In this document: positions 27,158 through 40,948 of the stretch, piece after piece | How positions within the stretch are numbered: the stretch's first letter is position 1 | Layout: the number at the start of each line of letters is the position of its first letter | From: the human T2T-CHM13v2.0 reference genome, Homo sapiens | Length of the DNA: 64,000 bases | Direction: 5' to 3' (one strand) | Assembly (NCBI RefSeq): GCF_009914755.1 | Contig: NC_060928.1 | The notes under the pieces: model-generated | The model's database searches: none | What the model saw: the letters and a program-made list of their open reading frames with translations, nothing else | What the model was told of the DNA's origin: nothing | Position numbers and translations under genes: made by a program

Positions 27158-27542
27158 TGTGTATTAGTTTGCTAGGGCTACTATGACAAAGTACCAAAAA
27201 CGGGGTGGCTTAGACAGCAGAAACTTGCTCTCTCACAGTTCTAGAGGGTAGAGGTCTGAGGTCAAGGTGTCAGCGGGTCTGGTTTCTTCTGATGCCTCTC
27301 TCCTTGGCTTGTAGAGGGCTTTCTCCCTGACACTTCATGTGGTCTTTTCTCTCTCGATCATGTCTCTTTCCACATGTCTTCTTCTTACAAGGAACACCAG
27401 TCGTATTGGACTAGGGTCCCTCTAAAGAACTCATTTTCACTTAATTTGTTCTTTAAAGACCCTATTTCCAAATATAAACACATTCCGAGGTGTTAAAACT
27501 TTAACAAAGGAATTTTAACGGGACACGTATCAGCCTGTAACA
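27158..27542 (-). mobile_element. MLT1 (A/B/C-type) LTR within old L1ME fragments
   Basis: tgtattagtttgctagggct...ctcacagttctagagg...cagcctgtaaca. Confidence 0.82.
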
Positions 27543-28375
27543 GTGTGTATACGTGTACCTATCAGTAGATTTACAACAAGGAGATGTTACCCTTGTTTTT
27601 TTGTAACTGCTTTTTTTTTAACTCATCAACATATCTTTCTAAAGTGATAAATAGAACCAATTCTCATGACTACTTACTATTCTGTTGTATGTATCATAAT
27701 TTATTAACCACCTCTGGTTTGATATAAATTTTTTCCTGAAGTTCACAATTATCAACGATGTTGCAATGGACATCCTTTGGATATTTGGCTGGTTATTTAC
27801 TTAAAGGTAAATGTTTACAAGTTACATTGCTGGATCAAAGAGAAGTTTATTTTAAATTTTGGTACAAATACAATAGTATAGAAACCTTTGATTTTTAAAG
27901 AGGTCAAATTTATTAGTGTTTTGAGGGCCTATGCATAAAAATGTTAGAACTATGACATAATTATTAGTACAGTGTTAAGTTTGGCCTAAAGCTGCCTCTT
28001 TACGTATTTTAAGCTTGATCTAAAGGTTTCTCCTTGCATGGTGAAATCTAACCTAACTGGATGTGTAAACAGACTATGATCTGCTCTTATAACAAGTAGC
28101 CGAGTTTCAGTCCATCACAGCAGCCGTACTTCAACCACTCCCAGGCAGCCAACTATTCAAACTGTGTTCCAATAAGGCAAACGCAGAGCTGTAACCAGTC
28201 CGGCAGATTCTGTATTTCACTTCCATTTTCTGCATCTCACTTTCCTTGTTCTGTCCATAAGTTCTCTCCAGCCACGTGGCAGCGCTGGAGTCTCTCTGAA
28301 CCTATGCTGGTTCCTGGCACTGCCTAACTCATGAATGGTTCTTTGCTCAATTAAACTCAATTAAATGTAATTTGT

Positions 28376-29109
<734 letters not shown>

Positions 29110-29335
29110 TTTGTCTTACATTTTTCTTTTAACAATGGAATAGTTACAGTGCATTTTAAATTGCAAATCTTAGCTCTAACAGCATTTCCTTTTGTGTATA
29201 AGGCATATTTTAGGCTCTTTGACACCCAAATAATTGACCAATTGCTTCAGTATTATTTACGGATAATTTATCTTTTCCCCTTTGATTTAAAATGCCTCGT
29301 TGACCACATATTAAATTCTCATTTATTACATGGTT

Positions 29336-29555
29336 CTGTTTTTTGTTTTGTTTTATTTTTAGAGTCAGGGTCTGGCTCTGTCTCCCAGGCTGGAGTGCAG
29401 TGGTGCCATCATAGCTTGCTGCAGCCTCAAACTCCTGGCCTAATGCGAGCCTCCTGCCCCAGCCTTCTGAGTAGCTCCTTAGCGTGTGTCACCACACCTG
29501 GCTAAGTTTTTTATTTTTTATAGAGACGGGGTCTCACTTTGTTGCCCTGGCTGGT
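29336..29555 (-). mobile_element. AluJ, partial
   Basis: ctctgtctcccaggctggagtgcagtgg ... gagacggggtctcactttgttgcc. Confidence 0.8.
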
Positions 29556-29719
29556 TGATTTTTAGACTCTGTTTTTGTCCATTGATTTAATTGTCTATGT
29601 CTGTGCCAGCAACCATACTTTTTTAATAGTTGTATAATATATTTTGATATCAGATAAAATTCATTCCCCCCCCCCAAAAAAAAAACCTTGGCTATTTTTA
29701 TGAGTTCTATTTTGACTTA

Positions 29720-32700
29720 TTTTTAAAGTAGTTTTTGTTGTTGATTTAGTAGAAGCATATAGAAAAGCACACAAGTCAAAGTTCGTGGCTTGATCAATAT
29801 TCAAAAGAGAAAACACTCATGTTCCCACTACCCAGGTCAGGAAATAGAACCTTTCCAGAACCTCCAAAACCCCTCATGTGTCCCTACCAGTCACTAGGGC
29901 CTCCCCAGAGGTAACCACTATACTGATGTCAATCATCACATCCATTTTGCCTTTGTCTATATATATTTAAATTTTTTTTTAATTGTGGTAAAAAATGCAC
30001 AACATAAAATTTAGCATCTTGACCCTTTTTAACTTACAACCCAGTAATGTTGAGATCATTCACATTGCTGTGCAACCAATCTCCAGAACTCTTCTCATCT
30101 TGCAAAACTAAAACTCCATATCTAATAAACACTACTCCCCATTGTCCCTTCCCATAGCCCCTAGCAACCACCATGCTACTTTCTGTCTCTATGAATTTGG
30201 CTATTTTAGGTACCTCATATAAGTGAAATCATACAGAAGTTTTATTTTTTTTTGTGACTGGTTCATTTCACTTAGCATAATTTCTTCAAGGTTCATCCAT
30301 GTTGTAGCATGTGTAAGAACTGTATTTCTTTTTAAGGCTGAATAATATTCTACTGTATGTATATTCTACATTTTATTTGTCCATGGGCACTTGAGTTGCT
30401 TCAACCTTTTCACTATTGTGAATAATGCTGCTATAAACATGGGTGTACAAACATCTCTTCAAGACCCTGCTTTCAATTCTTTTGGATAGGTATCCAGAGG
30501 TAGAGTTGCTGGATCAATAGTAATCCTATTTTTAACTTTTTCAGGAACCGCCATTGTATTAGTCCGTTTTCACATTGCCAATAAAGACATACCCGAGACT
30601 GCACAATTTACAAAAGAAAGAGGTTTAATGGACTTACAGTTCCAAGTGGCTGGGAAGGCCTCAGAATCATGGCAGAAGGGGAAAGGCACGTCTCACATGG
30701 CAGCAGACAAGAGAAGAGAGCTTGTGCAGGGAAATTTCCGTTTTTAAAACCATCAGATCTCGTGAGACTTGTTCACTATCACAAGAACAGCCTGGGAAAG
30801 ACCTGCCCCCATGATTCAATTACATCCCACCGGGTCCCTCCCACAGCATGTGGGAATTCAAAATGAGATTTGGGTGGGGACACAGTCAAACCGTATCAGC
30901 CATACTGTTTTCCAAAGCAGCTGCACCATTTTTTATTCCCACTAATGGTGCACAAGAGTTTCAAACTCTCCACATCTTTGCCAACACTGGTTATTTTCTG
31001 AATTGTTGTTGTTGTTTTATTTTTGCTTTTGTTAATAGCAACCAGCCACCTAATGAGTGTGAGGTGGTTCACTTTGTTTTTGAACTTTGTATAAATTGAA
31101 TCACTCAATACATATTATTTTGTTTCTAGCCTATTTTGCTTAATATTATTTTGTGAGAATCATCCATGTTATTGGATAGAGCAATATTTAATTAATTTTC
31201 AATGCTTTATAATATTTCATTAAGCAAATTTATTATCATTTACTTATATAACAAATTATAAATATTGAAGGACATTTGTGTTGTTTCTTGTTTTTATTAT
31301 GAATAGTACTCCTATAAAGTTTTTAACATGTCTTTTTATGTACACATGCATGCATTTCTGTTGACTATATACCTAGGAGTAGAATGTCTGAGTCACAGGT
31401 ATGCATATGTTCAGCTTTAGCAGATGCTGCCAAACAGTTTTCCAAAGTTGTACCAGTTTGCATACCCACCAACAGAGTATGAGACTTCTAGTTGTTCCAC
31501 ATCCTCACCAATACTTAATTGTTTACTATTGGCCATTCTGGCAAGTTAAAAAATGGTATTTAATTGTGGTTGACATTTGCATTTTCTTGATGAATAATTA
31601 GACTGACTACCTTTTCAGATGCATATTGGCCATCTGGATAATCTCTTGTGATGTACATGCTAAGTCTCTTGCCCATTTTTTAAATACTTTCCTTTCCTGT
31701 TTTTTTTTTTTTCTCTCAGTAACTTAAAGGACTTCTTTATTCACTCTGAATGAGTCCTTTGTTAGAAATATATATTGCATATCTCTTCTTTCAGTTTGTG
31801 GCTTGCTTCCCTTTTCACTATCTTAAAATGGTATCTATTGATGAACAGAAATTCTTTATTTTAAATAGTCTAATTTATAAACGTTTTCTCTTCTGGTTGG
31901 TGATTTTCATGTCCTGGTAAGAAATCTTTGCATACCTTACTATCATAAAGATATCTCCTGTGTTATCTTTTAAATTGTAATTGTTTCACTTTTCACATTT
32001 TAGATCTACTATCCAGCTGGATTTTTTTTTAATGATGTGAGATAGATTAAGATGAGGTTTTTTCCATTCTCATATCTATTGGCCCAGAACCACTCATTAA
32101 GCAGACTGTCCTTTCCCTTCTGTACAATACCATCTTTGTTATAAATCAAGTGTTGGTCTAGTTTTTGTACTCTATTCTGTTCCATTGATCTACTTGTCTC
32201 TCTTTCTGCCAATACCACAGTGACTGAATTATCCAGCATTCTTATTACTTGTGTTATCTAGTGTAAGTGTTTCAGTGATGTTCTTCAAGATTGTCCTAAA
32301 CACTCTTGGTCCTTTGTATTCCACATGCAAACAAAACAAAATAAGCCTGCCAAGATATCTTTGAGGTTTACATTGAATCTATGGATGAATTTGAAGGGAA
32401 ATTGACATTTTTACACTATGTGTTCCAATCCACAAGTATTATTTAGATTTATTTAGATTTTCTTAGATTTATTTAGATTTTCTTTAATGTCAGAAAATGT
32501 TTATAGTTTATGTATAGAGATCTTTTACTTATTTGTTGAATTTATTCCTAAATGTTTGATTCTATTAATGCTATTGTAAATGGCATCAAGTTTTAAAATT
32601 AGCTTTCTAATTATTTGTTGTGGATATTTTGAAATATAATTGATTTTTATGTATTGACTTTATAGCCAGCAAATTTATTGAATTTATTAATTCTAATAGC

Positions 32701-33013
32701 TCATCTGTAGATTTTATTGGACTTCTGAAAATAAAAATGGTGGTTTTATTTCTTCTTTCCCAATCCTTTTACATTTTTTTTCTTGCCTTCTTGCACTGGC
32801 TAAGGCCTCTGAAATGATGCTGAATAAAAGTGGTAATGGGGGCATCTCTGTGTCATTACCAATCTCAGGGAAAGGATTTTAATATTGGATGATTAAATAT
32901 GATGTTTGCTATAGATTTTCTTGTAGATATCTTTTATCAGATTAAGCAAGTTCTCTTCTATTTTGTCATCAATGTATATTGAATTTAATCAAATGCTTTT
33001 TCTGCATCTATTA
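29720..33013 (-). mobile_element. L1ME-like element with a nested L1MB-like 3' end (about 29970-31070)
   Basis: Antisense L1 3'UTR and ORF2 (ctcatataagtgaaatcatacag; tgatgtttgctatagattttcttgtagat). Confidence 0.78.
30555..30898 (-). mobile_element. THE1B-like solo LTR
   Basis: tgtattagtccgttttcac ... aaaccgtatca; TSD gccat. Confidence 0.92.
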
Positions 33014-33365
33014 TGTATTAGTCTGTTCTCACACTGCTAATAAAGACATACTGAGACTGGGTAATTTATAAAGGAAAGAGGTTTAATTGACTCACAGTTC
33101 CACATGGCTGGGAAGGCCTCAAAATCATGGTAGAAGATGAAGGAAGAGCAAAGGGACTTCTACCATGGTGGCAGGCAAGAGGGAATGAGAGCCAAGATAA
33201 AATTATCAGATTTTGTGAGACTTATTCACTACCATGAGAACAGTATTAGGGAAACCACCTTTATGATTCAGTTATCTCCCACTGGGTCCCTCCCACAACA
33301 CATGGGAATTATGGGAGCTACAGTTCAAGATGAGATTTGGGTGGGGATACAGCCAAACCATAGCA
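33014..33365 (-). mobile_element. THE1 (B/C-like) solo LTR
   Basis: tgtattagtctgttctcacactgctaataaagac ... ccaaaccatagca; TSD tatta. Confidence 0.92.
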
Positions 33366-33399
33366 TATTAAGATTATTATATGATAGTTCTCTCTTTCA

Positions 33400-35000
33400 A
33401 TGTAGATATTCTCCAAGTCCCTGTTCTGAGCCTTCTCCTTTTCTTCTTTCCCTACTCTTCTCCCATTAGTTACCACATTCAATTCACAACTTATATTATT
33501 ACCTTAAGGAAGGTAACACCACAAAATTTATTTGCAATTGAATTTTCACTCTTCACTCATAATTCCAGCTACCCCCTGGATACCTATTCCTGGATGTCCT
33601 GCCAACATCTCAAACTCAAAATGTCCAAAAGTGAGTTACTTTCTCCCCAAATCTGCTACTTTTCCTTACTATTCTTTCTCTGTTAAAGATATCAAGAAGC
33701 TCCTAGTAACTTGGGCCTAAAAAGTCATAGTCATCATTGACTCCTTTTCTTGTTCCACCATCCAACAAATCAGACATTATATTCTGTTAATCTCTAGATA
33801 TTTGTTACATGTTTACATGTTCCCCTTCTTTTCGTCATTATCACTCTTAAGTTATTGCTTTTACAGTAACAAGGTGCTTTAGTTCCTGTTTCTCTATCTT
33901 CTAATCTATTTGGCTTGCTGCCACCAGACTAATGTTGTTTAATATCTGTTGAATGAATAAAGCATAGTTTTAATCATGTTACCTGCTGGTTACCTCCCTC
34001 TTGTTGACTACATAAAATTCAGACTTCTTAGCTTAGTTCCAAGCCCTTTGAATCTGGTTCTAGACTCTATCTGTACTTCTTCAGCTTTAAACCTTTCATA
34101 CACCCTATATTTTGGTTGAATACAAATCATTTTCCAAGTTGTGTTCTGCCATACAATAGAGCCCTTCAGGAGGCTAATACTATTTCTTGAATAAAAATGT
34201 TCTGTGGTAATTAAATTTAACCAAAGTCAGACAGCTTTCTTGCACAATCTCTCAAAGCCTTTACTATTCTAATGTACATTGTGAGCCTCCAATTGAGGGG
34301 AAAAGTATGTGGTATTTCTCAATGCTATTTGACCATGAATCCTGTTTAAGGGACTATCACTTATCTCACAAGACACTAATGTTCCAAGAAATACATTTTC
34401 AAACAGGCTGATACAGATGCCTCTTTATTCCCCAAACATACTCTCTTTCTCACATCATCCTCTTAGATTAGAACAGTGGTTCTTAACCAAGGTTGCCCTC
34501 CAAGGGAAATTCAGCAATGTCTGGAGACATTTTTGGTTGTCACAGCTGGGAGCTGTATCTAGCAAGTAGGGGCCAGAGATGCTGCTAAACATTCTACAAT
34601 GCACAGGACAGCCCCCGCCCCCAGCAAAGAATTATCCACCCAAAATATCAATAGTGCCAAGGTGGGGAAACTCTGAGCTAGACAATCCTCTTCTCACTTC
34701 CTCTCCCTGCCAGTCAAAGCTGTATCCATTTCTTAAAGTCCAGATCAAATATTTTCTTTTCAGTTAATGCTTGATTTTACCACTTAGATTTTTCTCCTTC
34801 TAATCTTCTACAGGACGGTATATGTTGCCTTTATTGCATTTATCTAATTCTTTCCTATATTATACATATTAATGTATATTTATAACATCTCATACTTGAC
34901 TGTAATGTTCTGAGTAGCGGGACAATGTTACAGTCGTTTGTTCTCTCTTCAAAGAGCTGACAATGGTAGTAACAGTAAGTTCTTGCTTAAAGAATAAAAT
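33400..35000 (+). mobile_element. L2 fragments with nested hAT elements
   Basis: tcctggatgtcctgccaacatctcaaactcaaaatgtccaaaagtgag is L2; hAT-Charlie-like piece at about 34150-34410. Confidence 0.7.
34474..34676 (+). mobile_element. MER20 (hAT-Charlie)
   Basis: cagtggttcttaacc...gcaatgtctggagacatttttggttgtcac...gatgctgctaaacattctacaatgcacaggacagcccc. Confidence 0.9.
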
Positions 35001-36976
35001 GAAGCTTTATTTAACTCTTCTTTTTTAGTCTCCTCCCAAATGTAATTGCTCACCCGGTCTTGTCAGTTTTTCCTTCATGTTTTCCTCACATCTTTCTTAA
35101 TCTTTCCACATCTCGTGCAGGCGTCCTGGCTTCATGCCCCACTATAGCAACAGGGAGGGAAAATGGTGTGTTGGAGAGAGCCTCATCTTGCATCTGATAA
35201 GCCTCCATTTGATGCCCCCCACCCCCTTGCCTTCCCTGGGAACTGCAGTTCTTCAAGCCATGGTGAAAGTGATTGTATCTGCCTTGCAGGGTTCTGTAAG
35301 GATTAGAGTGAACACAATGGGTGTTCAATAATGGGCTCTAATAGTCAATAGCCTGAAGGGCTCTTCCTACCTCAGCTCTAAAACTTTCTCAGATCCTCCA
35401 TCACCCACACAGGCCAAGCTGCTGGAATTCAGGGCTCTAGGCCACTGTGACCAACTTACTCAAAGAAATTTACCCCTAATTCTCCTTTCCAAACCCTCAA
35501 ACTCTTGATGAGCCGGTCCTTTCAGTATAGTATTCAAAGAGGCCTGAGCATTCTCATCTCCATATTCTGATTCATGGGTTCTTCCCTCTTGGAAACTCCC
35601 GTCTTCTGTCACAAATCCTGCTCAAATCCCATCCAGCCTTACCTCTTGGTTCAGTAAAGTCTCCTCAGACCACTCAGCCTACAGGGATCCTTTCCTTTTC
35701 TGGACATTTGGAGTCCTTATAGTCTGTTTCACTAACAGGCAATCAATTTCTATTACTTGATGATGTTTCTCACCTGGAGAACTATGCAAATACACCTTCT
35801 AGGACTGTCTAAACTTTTGTGCTTTCTCACTTTAGATGGTAAGCTGCTTGAGGACAATGACCATGTCTAATTCTTCTTCACCAAAGTTACCTTGCATATG
35901 CTAGAGGCTCCAGAAATATTCAGTCCAAATATTCTGTCTTCTTTCACCTTCGAGTGTGTCTTTAAATGCCCTTTTCATTTTAGGCCTCATGCGCACCTTT
36001 GGAGGGTTCCTCAGGCACAGGCAGGAATGAAGGTGATAGCAAGGCCCTGGGTTTCACTTGGGTTAGATGGGAGTGCGGAAAGAGAGGTGCCACACACCAG
36101 GATCTGAGAGAATTCTTATAAGCAGAGAATAATGGCAATCAGACACTAACATTTTAATTAACAATTTTAATGGCTTATCCAAAATAATCCTTCTGATTTG
36201 GAAGGATTAAATTCCACTTGACAGAACTACCAATCCATGTGGAAAGAAGTCTCACGTGCTGCTCTTGTAGTTACAGCAGGGCCTGGTGGGGCAGAAGGAG
36301 TTGTCCAGCAAAGTGCACAGCTGGTGGGAGCTGCTATCCCCAGGCAAGAAAGGGAAAACAGCCCTGCGCTAGCACCAGCATCATAAAACCAACAACAATA
36401 GTTTGAAGTGTACGGAGGAGTTATAAGAATAGGAATAGTAAGTAGCATACATACTTTATATGTTTATTTATTTATATGGTGTATAAACAGCATATATACT
36501 TTTATCAGAGTCACCTTTTTGTCCCATTTTATTATTTGTGCTCATTATCTCTCTCCTCCTCCCTGTCTCTCTCCCTCTACCATTCTCTTGCTCTATCTAG
36601 CTATTTTTTTAACCATTTGAGGGTGACATATTCCAAAGCTCTCTGCCCCTAAATATTTCTGTGTATGTTTACTAAGAATAATGCTATTCCCTTGCAGAAC
36701 TACAGTGGAGTTATTAACTTCAGGGAACTAAATAGTGATACTATTCTTTTACCTAATCTATCAATTTGTTCTGCAATTTTGTTAATTGTTCTAATAACGT
36801 CCCTTACCATTTTTACCTGCTCCAATATGGGATGCAGTCTAGGATCAGGTATTCCATTTAGATCCTGTGCTCCTTTAGTCTTCTTTATTCTGAAATAGTT
36901 CCATAATTTTTCTTATTTTTTAATAATTTCAACATTTGCAAAGAATAGCATTCTTTTTTTAAAAAATAAAACATTC

Positions 36977-36997
36977 ATATGTGGAAAACACTAAAGA

Positions 36998-37035
<38 letters not shown>

Positions 37036-37363
37036 ATAACTAATAAATGAATTCCATAAAGTTGTTGGAGACAAAATCAACACACAAAAATCAGTTTCAT
37101 TTCTATATTCTACCAACCATTCAAAAGGGAATGAAGAAAGCAATCCCACTTACAATAGCATCAAAAAGAATAACACATGTATGAATAATACACATAGGAA
37201 AGACTTCTGCACTGAAAACTATGGAATATTGCTAAAGGAGATTAAAGAAAACACAAATAAATGAAAAGACATCCCATGTTCATGGATTAAAAGAATTAAT
37301 ATTGTTAAAATGTCCATGCTACCCAAAGTGATCTACAGATTAAATGTAATTGCTATCAAAATC
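36977..37363 (+). mobile_element. Internal L1 ORF2 fragment (L1MA/MB-like)
   Basis: caaaatcaacacacaaaaatcag...aaagacatcccatgttcatggatt...ctatcaaaatc; (CA)n at 36999-37032. Confidence 0.85.
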
Positions 37364-37505
37364 TTTACCATGATGACTTTACAATGATGATTTTTCAACA
37401 TGAAAAAATTTCAAACGTTTTCAACAATGATTTCCTCCACATTTACTGGCTGGCACTTGATATCCTGCTGCAAGTAAAGCCCTTTCTTTTCCTCTATTTA
37501 TTTAT

Positions 37506-37847
37506 GGATGATCCCCAACATATTTATCAACTGATTTATCAACTTTACGATGGTATGAAAGTGATACACATTCAGCAGAAACCATATTTTGAGCACCCCT
37601 ACAACCATTCTGTTTTTCACTTTTCAAATTACATGAGATATTCAACACTTTCTTATAAAATGGGATCTGTATTAAATGATTTTGCCCAGCTGTAGGCTAA
37701 TGTAAGTGCTCTGAGCATGTTTAAGTAAGTTAGGCTAAGCTATGATGTTCAGCAGGTTAGGTGCATTAAATGGATTTTCAACATGATATTTTCAACTTAC
37801 AACGGGTTTATTATGATATAATCCCATTGTAGCTCAAAGAGCATCTA
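37506..37847 (-). mobile_element. MER47A (Tigger family)
   Basis: gattttgcccagctgtaggctaatgtaagtg...taggctaagctatgatgttc...ggttaggtgcattaaatg. Confidence 0.82.
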
Positions 37848-38342
37848 TATTTGTTGGTTGGTTTGTTCATTTTTTTAATGTATTTATTACTGGTGTAGAC
37901 CCATAGATTCCCATTTTTAATAATCTATTAATATAATTTATTACTGCCCTTACCTCATTATTTCGTGCTCAAAAGGCTCCAGAATTGCCTAGGAGGAGCC
38001 CCTTCCAGCTGCTCCTGTGTCCTTGTGTGACATCATTTTTTTGAACATTTTCTTACTTTCTATAAGATGTTTAGCATCTTTTAAAAACCCAGTAAAATTA
38101 GGAAAGAGAAAGAAGGAAAGGAAAGAAGGTTAAAAAAAAAATAGAAAACTGGATCAGGGAGTAGAGGAAAAGGACAAAAGTTAAATAAGGAGGGGCATTG
38201 AGGGGATATTGCCAGCACAGATTCAGATCCATTGGCCCCTCTGGGAGAGGCAGCCCATCTCCTGCTGCCCCAAAGGGCAGAGCAGGTTATGTGAGAGGCC
38301 TTGGTGGATTCTGTATGCTGAGCCTTTGGAGCCGATGGGCTT

Positions 38343-38860
38343 TGTGTATTGGTCCTGACTTTGTCTGTTGCAAATGATGGAAACCTAACCCAAAATGGAA
38401 AAGAGAGAGACATATAATTTACTGACTTGTATGACTGAAAAATATAGTATCGATTTTAAACAAAGTTGGGTCTAGACGTTTGAATGGATGCCAGAAATCT
38501 CACCCCAACCTCCCGCCCCCCTACCCACCTCTCAGCTCTGTTTGGCTTTATTCTGTGTGGCTTTATTCTTGGTCAGCCTCTTTTCCCAATTTGGCAGAGG
38601 TGCCCCTGGCCCTTCTAGATTAATCCTACTAGTTTAGCAACTCTAGCAGAAATAAAGCATCCCTTTCCCAACGACTGTGACCAAAATCCCAAGAGTGTCC
38701 CCGATCGGCCATGCCTGGGAAGGGCAATATTCTCACTGGCCAGGCTGGGCTACAAGCTCCCTGTTAGGGCTCATCTGGGCTGGGCTGGGAATGGAGGAAC
38801 GGGTGGTTCCCCAAGAGGATGTAGAAGTGCTCTTACCAAAATGGGGAAAGAGGTATTGGA
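38343..38860 (-). mobile_element. Old MaLR LTR (MLT1K-like)
   Basis: tgtattggtcctgactttgtctgttgcaaatgatggaaacctaacccaaa. Confidence 0.55.
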
Positions 38861-39814
38861 AAAGCTAACACAAAACTTCATTGCATGTGGATCATAAGAG
38901 CACTTGATGGTGTCAGAATTTTGACTTTGAGATGCACAAATAAACCACAGCCCAGCCATTTTGTCATGACAACTTCTGTCCCCTTCACACAGACCGCTTA
39001 CCGGAAACAAACCTTGAACTCCCCCTGCTTAAGACTGAAGCCTCTGTCCATCTGACCTTCCCTTGGCCTGGGAAGTGTGGGTGGGCACCAGGTGCTCACC
39101 CAAAGGAAGGAGAGGAAGGAATTGCCCTGGGAGCACAGAGGAAGTGAATAAGCCCTGAGCACTTTGTGGGGTGGCTCTCCCTCCATGTAGACAGGTTCTC
39201 GTTTCATCATTTCTCCGGTGGCCCAGCAGGCCCAACAGGGACATGTCCGTCACGGTGGTGTGTTACATCATGTCAGATGGCAATTGAATGCGCTGTTAAC
39301 ATAAGCTGACAGGAAGGCTCTAGCAATCTGCTTATCTGGATGCCACCCTTGCTGAGTAAAGGGTCATTATCAGAATTATTCACACAGAATTATAGCAGTT
39401 GGAAGTCTGCAGATTATTTATTACATCACCCTCATTTTAGTCACTCAGCACAGATGGAACCACCTCAAAGGAGCCTGCCTCCCGTCTCCCCCTTTCCCTC
39501 TCCCCCTCCCTCCCTTTTCCTGCCACATTAGAGGCTTACCCCAGCACCAGTAGCAGCAGCAGCAGCCAGGAGTGTGAAGCTACCTTAGGTCAGCCTCAGG
39601 TATGGCTTTTTCTGTGCCCAGGATCCCTTTTCTGAGTTCTGGCACCGGTGTGAGCAGTTACACACCAGGAAGTGTCTGGATAAGGAGAGCTCAGGACTCT
39701 TCCCAATTAGACCCATTCCTGGAGTGGTCTTGCCAACCTTGGTACCAAAATGTCAAAACAAGGTATTTAATTGATCTGTTAAATTTCAGGTCTGGCTTCC
39801 ATAGCTGCTGCCAG

Positions 39815-39869
39815 TTTCATAGACATCTTGCAAAGGAAAAGATTCTTTCCTTTGCAAGATACTATGAAA
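39815..39869. other. Inverted repeat / hairpin (15-bp perfect stem plus 8-bp outer stem)
   Basis: tttcatag-ac-atcttgcaaaggaaa-agattc-tttcctttgcaagat-a-ctatgaaa. Confidence 0.9.
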
Positions 39870-40571
39870 AGTATTCATAGGAGAAGGCATCTGCAGGAAT
39901 CCATAGACCCTCCAAAACATCCCCAGCTTGCTGTCATGTGCCAACCTTGGTGTCCACCCTCACCACTCCCCTCCTGCACCTCCTCATCCAACAAGCACTA
40001 TACCTGCAACCCAAACACACTCAGAGTTCACCAAACACATGCCTATTCCCAGGCAAAACCAAACACAATTGATGGTAGCAGCTGTGGAAAGAGGCGGTAA
40101 TAGAGAATGTGATTAGCAAGATGCATTCAGATGCATGGGCTTCTTTATTACTACCATCCAATAATAGCACATACGAACAATGCACCCTGAACCTGAAGGC
40201 CAGCATGGCTGGAGGAGGACCAAGGCTTGTAAAGAAAGATAACTCTTTAACTGATTTACTGACTTATTTTAAATGAGTTTCAAATTTAGCTCTATACTAT
40301 TTTAAACAACGCTTCAGAACCAGGCAGTAATTCCCAGCCCATCTCTAGGCTCAGCTGCCTTTGGAATGTGGTGATTTGGGATGTGTTGCACAAAAGCAGG
40401 GCTCAGTCTGTCAACTCTTTAGGTTCTGAGGGGGCCAGATGCTCCCCGTTGTTATTCCAGGCCCGGCGGCTAGAAAGTCAGAGTGTTGGGCTGCAAGGGA
40501 TTCTGAATGTGTCTGGTTGAACTTCTAATTATCCAGAGCAGTGGAGGGACCTATGCAAAGACACAGACCCT

Positions 40572-40948
40572 GCGTATGCTATTGTGAGGGCTGCCATCAT
40601 GAAATACCACATCCTGCTGGCTTAAACAGCAGCGATGTCTTGCCTCTCAGTTCTGGAGGATACCAGTCCAAGGGTTCTTCCTCCTGAGAGTTATGAGGCA
40701 AGGCTCTGTTCCAGGCCTCTCTCCTTGGCTTACGGATGGACAACTTCATGCTCACATGGCATTCTTCCTGTAAATTTCCCCTTTTACAAGGGCATCAGTC
40801 AAGTTGGACTAGGGGCCCCCTCATGACCTCTTTTTAACTTGATTACCTCTGTAAAGACTCTATGTCCAAATAGTCCCATTTTGAGGGCTGAGCTCCCAGA
40901 AAGCCAATATATATTTGGCGGGGGCGGTGCACAAGTCAACCCACCACA
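40572..40948 (-). mobile_element. MLT1 (B/C-like) LTR
   Basis: gagggctgccatcatgaaataccac...ctcagttctggagg...ttaacttgattacctctgtaaagac. Confidence 0.78.

Larger units (their letters stand above)
36490..38075 (-). mobile_element. L1MC4/5-like remnant, host to nested pieces
   Basis: cccctaaatatttctgtgtatgtttactaagaat; ttccagctgctcctgtgtccttgtg. Confidence 0.6.

Noticed and set aside
37364-37440. Apparent iterated filler repeats (tttac(c/a)atgatga) after the L1 fragment
   Set aside because: Resembles the host L1MC 3' sequence, so no templated filler needs to be invoked.
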